From an uncultured Actinomycetota bacterium (lineage in GTDB: Bacteria > Actinomycetota > Actinomycetes > Propionibacteriales > Propionibacteriaceae): a DNA stretch of 64,000 nt. Below the pieces are notes generated by a model. The model did no database searches. It was given only the letters and a program-made list of their open reading frames with translations, and was not told the origin of the DNA. Shown piece after piece: positions 29,262-37,016 of the stretch; within the stretch, counting starts at the first letter, position 1, and each line of letters starts with the position of its first letter. The stretch lies in the NCBI GenBank assembly GCA_963747505.1, contig CAVVFD010000001.1, forward strand, positions 1,036,098-1,100,097, given 5' to 3'. A program made the translations under genes and the position numbers.

Positions 29262-30071
29262 ATGACCAGCCCCACCGGACCGGCCGACCGCACCGAACGC
29301 GACCACTACGTCATCTCGCCCGCACCATGGGTCGCTGGCTGCAGCGACGTCGGCTGCAAGCATGAGACCAACCAGGACGCACTGTCCCTGGCAGCCAGGC
29401 CGGCCCCGGAGCGCGTGGCCGTCGTGGTCGTTGCCGACGGGGTCAGCACCGCACTCGGAGCTGAAGCGGCCTCGCTGGCTGCCAGCGATGCCGCATGCTC
29501 TCACCTGACGCGGAGGCTGGAGGGCCGGGCGGCGCACAACCTGGCGATGGTCGAAGCCTTTTCCCGAGCCAATGACGCGGTGCTCGAGGCCGCCGGCGCT
29601 GCAGAACCCTCAGCTTGCACGCTCGTTGCAGCCGTTCTGGAGCCGGACCGGATCCTCCTGGGCAACATTGGGGATTCCCGTGCCTACTGGATTGGCGATG
29701 ATGGGTCCTGCCAACTCCTCACCGTCGACGACTCGATGGCCCAGGCTCGAATCATGCTGGGCATGTCCCGCGTGGAGGCGGAACAGTCCCGGCAGGCGCA
29801 CTCCATCACGAAATGGCTCGGCCGCGACTCCGCGGATGCCACGCCGTCAGTGACCACCCTGGAACCACCCGGGAAAGGTTGGCTCCTCGTGTGCACCGAC
29901 GGGCTCTGGAACTACGCCAGTTCCCCCGAGACAATGTTTGAGGTCTTCTCCGCTGCCCGCGAGACTGCCGCTGAGCCCGCTGCCATCTCGGAAGCCTTGG
30001 TGGGGTGGGCCAAGGCGCAGGGAGGCCGGGACAACATCACCGCTGCCGTCGCGCGCCACGAGACGCCTTGA
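29262..30071 (+). CDS. PP2C-family Ser/Thr protein phosphatase
   Basis: NQDALS, VVVADGVS, GDSRAYW, LLVCTDGLWNY, GGRDNITAAV. Confidence 0.85.
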   Translation: MTSPTGPADRTERDHYVISPAPWVAGCSDVGCKHETNQDALSLAARPAPERVAVVVVADGVSTALGAEAASLAASDAACSHLTRRLEGRAAHNLAMVEAFSRANDAVLEAAGAAEPSACTLVAAVLEPDRILLGNIGDSRAYWIGDDGSCQLLTVDDSMAQARIMLGMSRVEAEQSRQAHSITKWLGRDSADATPSVTTLEPPGKGWLLVCTDGLWNYASSPETMFEVFSAARETAAEPAAISEALVGWAKAQGGRDNITAAVARHETP

Positions 30072-30132
30072 TCCCGCGCGCTATCGTGATCGATGATCCA
30101 GGATGTATCCGACTCAAGAATGAGGTATGACG

Positions 30133-30357
30133 ATGGAAGTTAGAATCGGCATCAGCGATGTGGCACGCGAAGTGACCCTGCGCACGAAGACCAACGCCGA
30201 CGACATCGTCGAACAGCTGCAGAGGGCGGTCACGGACAATTCCCTCTTCGAGATGCTGGACGAGCAGGGTCGACGCGTGATTGTCCCTGCCGCCAAGGTG
30301 GCCTACCTGGATCTGGGATCCTCTGACGTTCGCGCGGTGGGTTTCGGCGCCGTCTGA
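30133..30357 (+). CDS. DUF3107 protein (TB9.4-like)
   Basis: MEVRIGISDVAREVTLRT...VPAAKVAYLDLG. ATG 30133 is preferred (GAGG 7 nt upstream) over the track start 30127. It is the conserved neighbour of rhlE. Confidence 0.8.
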   Translation: MEVRIGISDVAREVTLRTKTNADDIVEQLQRAVTDNSLFEMLDEQGRRVIVPAAKVAYLDLGSSDVRAVGFGAV

Positions 30358-30484
30358 GCATTCGGCCCCGACGTGGAGTAGGGTGAGGAGTGGACGTGGG
30401 AAATTCCACGCACGGCGCGCTGCGCCGACTCCCCGCCGCCTGTGAGGGCTTTAGTCCCGGGCCGGCCTGAATGAAGGTTTAACG

Positions 30485-31942
30485 CTGAGCGATCAAGAGC
30501 AGCCGGGCGAACAGACGTTCGCCGATCTCGGCATCAAGGAAGACATCACATCCGCACTGGCCGAGGCCGGTATCGTCCACCCCTTCCCCATCCAGTCGCT
30601 GGCGATCCCGCTGGCGCTGTCGGGCGTGGACCTGATTGGCCAGGCACGCACCGGAACGGGCAAGACGCTGGCTTTCGGCACGACCCTGTTGCACCGCATC
30701 AGCAGCATCGCCGAGAACGCTCCACATCCCCCCACCCATGGGAAGCCGCGCGCGCTCGTGGTGGCCCCCACGCGCGAGCTGGCCCTCCAGGTGGCCCGGG
30801 ACCTGTCGGTGGCAGGAGCCAAACTCCGGGCACGAGTCCTGACCATCTACGGCGGAACAAGCTATGACGAGCAACTGGATACGCTCTCGGCCGGCGTGGA
30901 CGTTGTGGTGGGCACCCCCGGGCGCCTCCTGGACCTGCTGAACCGCCGCGCGCTGGACCTCTCGAAGGTCCAGGTGCTCGTACTGGACGAGGCCGACGAG
31001 ATGCTGGACCTCGGCTTCCTGCCGGACATTGAACGCCTTCTGGCAGCCACTCCGAAGGACCGCCAGACCCTGTTGTTCTCGGCCACCATGCCGGCACCCA
31101 TCCTCACGCTGGCCCGCGCCACGCTCAACCGCCCGGTCAACATCCGCGCTGAGGGCAGCGATGCCAAGGCGACAGTCCCGGACATCACGCAGTTCGCGTA
31201 CCAGTCCCACAACCTGGACAAGCCGGAGATCGTTGCGCGCATCGCCCAGGGCACAAACACCACGAAGATGATGGTGTTCTGCCGGACGAAACGCGCCGCG
31301 CAGCGTTTGACGGATGAACTCGTGGACCGGGGGTTCCCGGCGGCCGCCATCCATGGTGACCTGAACCAGGCAGCCCGTGAACGAGCCCTCAAGAAGTTCA
31401 GGGCCGACACCATCACCATCCTGGTGGCCACTGACGTCGCCGCCCGGGGCATTGACATCACCGGTGTGAGCCATGTGATCAACTATGAATGCCCCGACAC
31501 GGCCAACGCCTACGTCCACCGCATCGGCCGCACCGGCCGCGCAGGACACAAGGGCGTCTCCGTGACACTCGTGGACTGGGCGGACGCAACACGGTGGAAG
31601 GTCATCGACAAGGAACTCGAGTTGGAGTTGCCTGAGCTCCAGGAAACCTACTCGTCATCGCCACACCTGTTCACCGATCTCGACATTCCAGCCGGAACCC
31701 GGGGCAAGCTGCACGGAGCCAAGCGAGTCGAGCGCAAGGAACGCGGCGATGGGGAGCGTTCGGAGCGTCGCTCCCCGGACAGCGGGGAGGGCGGTCAGCG
31801 ACGCCGCACGCGGCGCCACTCCGGCACCGAGACAGCGGGTGATCATCCCAAGGGTGATGCCGCAACCATGTCAAAGCCACGGAGGCGCCGTCGCCGCCGC
31901 GCGGGGGTCGACGTCAAGGGAACTCCGCAGGCCTCCGCCTGA
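30485..31942 (+). CDS. rhlE: DEAD-box ATP-dependent RNA helicase (RhlE-like) with Arg-rich tail
   Basis: Q-motif TFADLGI...GIVHPFPIQ, AQTGTGKT-type GQARTGTGKT, DEAD (LDEADEML), SAT, HRIGRTGRAG. The Q-motif lies upstream of the first canonical start (GTG 30626). The start is provisionally CTG 30485, 7 nt after GAAGG (see findings). Confidence 0.8.
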   Translation: MSDQEQPGEQTFADLGIKEDITSALAEAGIVHPFPIQSLAIPLALSGVDLIGQARTGTGKTLAFGTTLLHRISSIAENAPHPPTHGKPRALVVAPTRELALQVARDLSVAGAKLRARVLTIYGGTSYDEQLDTLSAGVDVVVGTPGRLLDLLNRRALDLSKVQVLVLDEADEMLDLGFLPDIERLLAATPKDRQTLLFSATMPAPILTLARATLNRPVNIRAEGSDAKATVPDITQFAYQSHNLDKPEIVARIAQGTNTTKMMVFCRTKRAAQRLTDELVDRGFPAAAIHGDLNQAARERALKKFRADTITILVATDVAARGIDITGVSHVINYECPDTANAYVHRIGRTGRAGHKGVSVTLVDWADATRWKVIDKELELELPELQETYSSSPHLFTDLDIPAGTRGKLHGAKRVERKERGDGERSERRSPDSGEGGQRRRTRRHSGTETAGDHPKGDAATMSKPRRRRRRRAGVDVKGTPQASA

Positions 31943-31971
31943 GGTCAGCCCCTCCCCGACCTGCCATAAGG

Positions 31972-32000
31972 TGCCCCGGTCGCCCGCCGGGGCATCTTTT
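31972..32000 (+). terminator. Intrinsic terminator after rhlE
   Basis: TGCCCCGG-tcgcccg-CCGGGGCA is an 8-bp stem followed by TCTTTTCG. Confidence 0.7.
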
Positions 32001-32097
32001 CGCATGTCCCACCCCTAGCCGCCTTCGCGTGCCCCTTGACGGCTGCGTCGCAACGGCACGGCGGTAGTGGGCCAACGCATGGCTTTTTTGTTTTATT

Positions 32098-33186
32098 TCA
32101 GTAGATCATGCGCATGGCCCGTCGGACCTCATCCAGGGTGTTCTCCGCGATGGCATTGGCCCGCCTGTTGCCCTCGGCCAGGATGGCTTCGAGCTGGCCG
32201 GGGTCGGCCACGACGCTGGCGCGCCGGGCGCGATGCCCTGCGAATCGCTCGTTGACGGCTTCGGTCACCAGCTTCTTGAGACCGCCGCCCCCACCGTCGC
32301 CAACGTCTGCGGCCACATCCTCGGGTGACCGGTCCAGACACAGTGCGGCGAGGTTGACGAGGTTGGAGACCTCCGGACGGTTCGCGGGGTCGTAGGAGAT
32401 GTGTCGATCGGAGTCCGTGACGGCACGTTTCAACAGTTTCGCAGTCTCGTCGGCAGTCATGCCCAGCTCAATGGTGTTGTTCTTGGACTTGCTCATCTTC
32501 GTGCCGTCGAGCCCGAGAATGGTGCCGGAGCGGCTGAGGAGTGCCTCGGGCTGCGGGAACACGGCCCGGTCCCCAGCCGAGCGCCCGTAGCGCTCGTCGA
32601 AGCGGCGTGCGACAATCCGCGCCTGTTCCAGATGTGGCAGTTGGTCCTTGCCCACCGGAACCAGGTTGGCCTTGCAGAACAGGATGTCCGCGGTCTGGTG
32701 CACCGGATACGTCAGCATGAGACCGGACATGGGCCGCTCCCCTGTGTCGTCGAGCTCAGCCTTGACCGTGGGGTTGCGACGCAGCTCCGCGTCGGTGACC
32801 AGGGACAGGAAGGGCAGCATGAGCTGATTCAGCGCGGGCAGCGACGAATGGGTGAAGATCGTCACCTTCTCCGGATCCAGCCCGGCAGCCACATAGTCCG
32901 CAAGGAGGGAGTACACCCGGTCCCGGATCGGACCCACGCCGTCGCGGTCAGTGATCACCTGGTAATCGGCAATCACGACGAACGTCTCAACACCTGCATT
33001 CGCCAGTCGGACGCGGTTCTCCAGCGACCCGAACCAGTGGCCGATGTGCAGATTGCCGGTGGGACGGTCCCCCGTCAGGATGCGAAACCGAGTTGGGTCG
33101 GTGGCGATGGCATTCTCGATCTCATCGCTGCGCTCGCTCGAGCGCGCCAGTGAGGCGTCCGTGTCCGCGATCGGCCCGGTGTCCAT
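32098..33186 (-). CDS. trpS: Tryptophan--tRNA ligase
   Basis: HIGH-type motif TGNLHIGH and a KMSKS motif (GTKMSKSK). ATG 33186 is preferred (AAGGGA 6 nt upstream) over 33201. Confidence 0.9.
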   Translation of the reverse strand: MDTGPIADTDASLARSSERSDEIENAIATDPTRFRILTGDRPTGNLHIGHWFGSLENRVRLANAGVETFVVIADYQVITDRDGVGPIRDRVYSLLADYVAAGLDPEKVTIFTHSSLPALNQLMLPFLSLVTDAELRRNPTVKAELDDTGERPMSGLMLTYPVHQTADILFCKANLVPVGKDQLPHLEQARIVARRFDERYGRSAGDRAVFPQPEALLSRSGTILGLDGTKMSKSKNNTIELGMTADETAKLLKRAVTDSDRHISYDPANRPEVSNLVNLAALCLDRSPEDVAADVGDGGGGGLKKLVTEAVNERFAGHRARRASVVADPGQLEAILAEGNRRANAIAENTLDEVRRAMRMIY

Positions 33187-33266
33187 GCTGTGTCCCTTCA
33201 TCGGCTGCCCAACAACGGGGAAACCCTACCGGCCGCTCACCGGTGTCCACCAACGCAGCGCTGGAC

Positions 33267-34118
33267 TCAGACGAAGCCGCCGCGCCCACGAATGCGTGAC
33301 ACGAGCTCGAAGAACGCTGATTTCCGGGTCAGATTGCAGCCCAGTGCATGGTCCTTCTTGCCGGACCCGTGATGGTCACTGGAGCCGGTCCGCACCAGCC
33401 CCAGCCGCGCCCCCATCTCGAAGAGGAGCCGGCGGGTGTCTGCATCGTGGTCCTCGTGGTCCACCTCGATCCCGTCCAACCCGTACCCCGCCACCAGGCT
33501 CTCGAGGAGCGACGACGTCACCACGTCGTGGTTTCCCCGCGCCCAGGGGTGGGCGATGACGGCGGCACCTCCTGCGTCGTGCACCAGGGTGATCGCGCGC
33601 GCCAGATCCGTGCTGTACCGGGCCACGAAACCCGGCCTGTCCTGCGCCAGATACGTGTCGAAGGCCTCGGTACGGTCTGCCACGTATCCCTTGGCCACCA
33701 GCGCGTCGGCCACGTGTGGTCTGCCCAGAGCGCGGGCTGATTGTGCGGAGGCCCTGATGTCCTCCAGGGTGATCGGCGCACCGGCGGCGGAGAGCTGCTC
33801 ACACATGGCCGGGAGGCGCCGCGACCGGGCTGTCCTGAGGGCGACGAGCTCCCGGTTCAGGGCGGGGTTGTGCATGTCACAGCCGTATGCGAGCAGGTGC
33901 ACGCTGTGCCCTGCCACGTCCGTCGACATCTCGACGCCGGGGACAACCCGGATGCCCACTCGATCTCCCGCCGAGACCGCTTCCGGTACACCGTCGAAGG
34001 TGTCGTGATCGGTCAGCGCAACGACATCCAGTCCGGCCTCCAACGCCTTGAGCACGAGCCTCGTGGGGGTGTCCGTGCCGTCGCTGACCCGGGAATGGGT
34101 GTGCAGATCGATCCTCAT
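33267..34118 (-). CDS. PHP-domain metal-dependent phosphoesterase (TrpH/YciV-like)
   Basis: MRIDLHTHSRVSDGTD, ALTDHDT, GVEMS, IAHPW, SSDHHG. Start re-set to ATG 34118; the track ORF extends to 34475. Confidence 0.85.
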   Translation of the reverse strand: MRIDLHTHSRVSDGTDTPTRLVLKALEAGLDVVALTDHDTFDGVPEAVSAGDRVGIRVVPGVEMSTDVAGHSVHLLAYGCDMHNPALNRELVALRTARSRRLPAMCEQLSAAGAPITLEDIRASAQSARALGRPHVADALVAKGYVADRTEAFDTYLAQDRPGFVARYSTDLARAITLVHDAGGAAVIAHPWARGNHDVVTSSLLESLVAGYGLDGIEVDHEDHDADTRRLLFEMGARLGLVRTGSSDHHGSGKKDHALGCNLTRKSAFFELVSRIRGRGGFV

Positions 34119-34181
34119 GCACCACATCCTAGGAGGATCGGCTCCAAGGAGCCGCGCCGGGGATGGTCTACATTGGCCGAC

Positions 34182-34658
34182 ATGCACTTGAGCTACAAGC
34201 ACAACTACCCCGCCTCCAGCGACGAGGTCGTGGCGCTGATGGGCAATCCCGACTTCATCTCCGACGTCGCCGAGCACGCGGGCGCCACCAGCCATGACGT
34301 CAGGATCGAGGGCCGCACCAGTCACATGGAGATGGCGTTGGAGGCCCCCAGCGACATCCGCAAGTTCGTGGGCAGCACCATCCACGTCACGGAACGTCTC
34401 ACGTGGGGTGATCCGGATCCCACCGGTGTGCGCCACGGAACCATCGACTTCAGCGTGGCGGGCCTTCCTGTGCACATCAGCGCGGCGGCCGTCCTGACGC
34501 CCTCGGGGGCGTCCAACTCAACGGCCACCTATGAGGGTGATCTCAACGTGAAGATCCCCCTCGTCGGCAAGAAGGTGGAGTCACTGGTGGCCCCATCCAT
34601 CGACGATGCGTTCGCTGGTCTGGAACGCCGGGCAACGCACTGGCTGAACCGAAGTTGA
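34182..34658 (+). CDS. DUF2505 (SRPBCC-like) protein
   Basis: MHLSYKHNYPASSDEVVALMGNPDFISDVAEHAGA...KIPLVGKKVESLVAPSIDDAFAGLER; start at ATG 34182. Confidence 0.7.
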   Translation: MHLSYKHNYPASSDEVVALMGNPDFISDVAEHAGATSHDVRIEGRTSHMEMALEAPSDIRKFVGSTIHVTERLTWGDPDPTGVRHGTIDFSVAGLPVHISAAAVLTPSGASNSTATYEGDLNVKIPLVGKKVESLVAPSIDDAFAGLERRATHWLNRS

Positions 34659-35052
34659 TCTGATTCCGAGAGGGCGCAGGGCGGATGCGGGAGCGATCAG
34701 CGGAGGGGTCGTCTGGTGCCCCACCTGCAGGTCCTGCATCGCCCCGTACGTCAGGCACTCGACCGTGATTTGGACGCGCCCCCGTACCCCTCCTTGATGA
34801 GATGGCTGATGACATCTCGTCGGGGCTCCGTGTTTCGTGCCCGGATGGCAGGGAGGACGTGGAACACACGTGGAACGGCATTAGGGCACGCACGCCTTGC
34901 CGGGGGCGATCAGCCGCGTCCACCGGCTTTGGCCGCCGCCTTCCTGAAACCACCATCGGGGCGCAATCCGGGGGCGTCGAACGTCGTCCACATACCCGGG
35001 TCGACCAGGCAGCAGGGTACGGTCCCCGGCCAGGCGCGGATGTTGCGCCTCG

Positions 35053-35862
35053 TCAGCTGGCCCTGGACTCGGCCGCCTCGGCGCGCCGCTTCCGGGCAGC
35101 CTCCACCGACGCCCTGAGAGTGGCCATCAGATCCACGACGTCCCCCACGGGCTGCGACGTGTCGTCCTGTTCGGGCAGCGGGGCACCTGAGAGCTTGGCC
35201 TCCACCACTTCCTCCAGCGCCTCACGATAGGAGTCGGTGAACGCATCCGGATCGAACGTGCCCTCCAGTTGACCTATGAGGAGGTTCGCCATCTCAATCT
35301 CCGCGTCGGAGATGGTGACCTCCTCCGATGGTGCGGCGAACTCCCCGTCCCTCAGCTCGTCCGGCCAGTACATGGTGTGCATCACCAACAGGTCGTGGAA
35401 TGGTCTGATGAGCGCCAGCGACTCACGTGATCGCAGTGCCACCTTGACCACCGCCACCTTGTTGCCCCTGCAGAGCGCCTCACGCAGCAGGACATAGGGT
35501 TTCTGCCCCATCTTCTGGGGCTCCATGAAATAGGCACGCTGGAGGTACATCTCGTCCACCTCGTCGGCCTCGACGAACTGGACGACGTCCACGGCCTTCA
35601 GGCTCGTCAGCGGCAGCGCGTCGAGGTCCTCGGAGGTCAGGATCGCCACGCGGCCATCGGGTGCCTCGAAGCCCTTTGCGATGTCGCCCCACGCGAGCAC
35701 TTCGCCACACTTCTCGCAGACCCGCTGATACCTCACCCGGCCGCCGTCCTCGGCATGCACCTGGTGGAAACTGATGTCCCTGTCCTGTGTCGCGCCGTAC
35801 AACTTGACCGGGATGGACACCAGACCGAATGACACTGACCCGCTCCACATGGCTCTGGGCAT
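35053..35862 (-). CDS. ku: Non-homologous end-joining protein Ku
   Basis: MPRAMWSGSVSFGLVSIPVKLYGAT...ISFHQVH, with a basic C-terminal tail. GAGGAGGAG lies 5 nt before the ATG. Confidence 0.92.
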   Translation of the reverse strand: MPRAMWSGSVSFGLVSIPVKLYGATQDRDISFHQVHAEDGGRVRYQRVCEKCGEVLAWGDIAKGFEAPDGRVAILTSEDLDALPLTSLKAVDVVQFVEADEVDEMYLQRAYFMEPQKMGQKPYVLLREALCRGNKVAVVKVALRSRESLALIRPFHDLLVMHTMYWPDELRDGEFAAPSEEVTISDAEIEMANLLIGQLEGTFDPDAFTDSYREALEEVVEAKLSGAPLPEQDDTSQPVGDVVDLMATLRASVEAARKRRAEAAESRAS

Positions 35863-36026
35863 CGGAGCTCCTCCTCACAGGCACAGCACTGGTTGTCGTT
35901 GCACGCGCTCGCGCAGCACGGTTCCATCGTGCCATCCACGACGGGCACCTGAGAACAGTCGTGTCAGATGCCGTGGCAGCCGGTCCACCCGCCGGGGCCC
36001 TTTCGTGACTCAGGGCCGTAGGAGAT

Positions 36027-36503
36027 TCAGACCCCGTGCTCGCGACGGTATTCCTCGACGTCGTTCCACAGGAGGTCATGCCCGTGGAGCAGCTTCTGCA
36101 CCTCATCCATCTCCCACGCGATGTCTATGTCCACATCTTTGGCCGCCGCTGCGGCCGGACCGGGGTCCACGTCGTCGACGTCGCTGAACCAGCAGGTCAT
36201 GGCGGTTTGCGGGACGCGCGTCACCACGCACGCCCCGTTGGCGAGGTCCTCGCCCGGCGATATCAGGGAGGTGTCCACCTCAGCCACCAGGACGAGTCGC
36301 TCACCATGGGCGGCCAGCGCAGCGACGGACGCCAGGACCAGCGTGGCGTACTCGGCGTCCTCCATCTGGTCCTCCTCGAAACCGAGGTCCTCGACGAGTT
36401 CCGGGGTAACGGTGTGAGCCGGACGATCCCGCAGCTGGGAGAGCCCCCGGATGGCGTCGAGTTCGGAGCGGTCGAGGGGGACGAAGACGAGTTGGCGATC
36501 CAC
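36027..36503 (-). CDS. Conserved acidic actinobacterial protein of unknown function (DUF6912-like; name from memory)
   Basis: LVFVPLDRSELDAIRG...EDAEYATLVLASVAALAAH...RLVLVAEVD...HDLLWNDVEE resembles a family that begins right at the LVFVPL segment. I therefore prefer GTG 36503 or 36512 over the track start 36656, which would leave only 21 bp to the divergent gene. Confidence 0.55.
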   Translation of the reverse strand: MDRQLVFVPLDRSELDAIRGLSQLRDRPAHTVTPELVEDLGFEEDQMEDAEYATLVLASVAALAAHGERLVLVAEVDTSLISPGEDLANGACVVTRVPQTAMTCWFSDVDDVDPGPAAAAAKDVDIDIAWEMDEVQKLLHGHDLLWNDVEEYRREHGV

Positions 36504-36677
36504 ACCCAACACAGTAGTGGGTGGCACACGAGAGCTGGCGACATGCGCAACGCCTACTCCAGATTCCGGTGCCTGGGATAGATTGTCGGCGTCCCGGATG
36601 TGGGCGGCGCCGCGGGATCCGGGTATGGAGACGAGCGGGTAGGTTGGTGGCGTCATTCAGTTTCCTTCAGGAGAGAC

Positions 36678-37016
36678 ATGTCCTTCCTCAGCCGCCTCCT
36701 GGTGCCGCTGGTACTCATCCTTGGTCTGTCCGGCTGCTCGGACCAGAGCCGGGTGGAACCCACAACGATCCTCCTCGACATCACCTCCGTGACCCCCGCT
36801 GAGCCGACCAAGGAGGAGGTTCCGCTCGGATCCATGGTGACGCTCGTTGTGACCTCCGAGTCAGGTGGGCTTCTGCACGTGCACGGCTTCGAGGAGACGG
36901 TCGATATGGTGGCCGGCGGGACGACGGAGGCAACGTTCACGGCAAACATGGCTGGCGTCTTCGAGGTGGAGACCCACGAGCCTGATGCCGTGTGGATCAA
37001 GCTGGTCGTGTCGTGA
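36678..37016 (+). CDS. Lipoprotein with small beta-rich His-motif domain (cupredoxin-like?)
   Basis: Signal peptide plus lipobox MSFLSRLLVPLVLILGLSGC. His motifs LLHVHGFEE and FEVETHEPD. ATG 36678 is preceded by GGAGAG. Confidence 0.7.
   Translation: MSFLSRLLVPLVLILGLSGCSDQSRVEPTTILLDITSVTPAEPTKEEVPLGSMVTLVVTSESGGLLHVHGFEETVDMVAGGTTEATFTANMAGVFEVETHEPDAVWIKLVVS

Noticed and set aside
28779-29537. N-terminal 250 aa of the 1300-aa track ORF (adnA extension)
   Set aside because: The extension runs antisense across the clear cspA gene and the start of the PP2C gene and has no helicase motifs. AdnA homologues are about 1045 aa, matching a start at 28778/28742.
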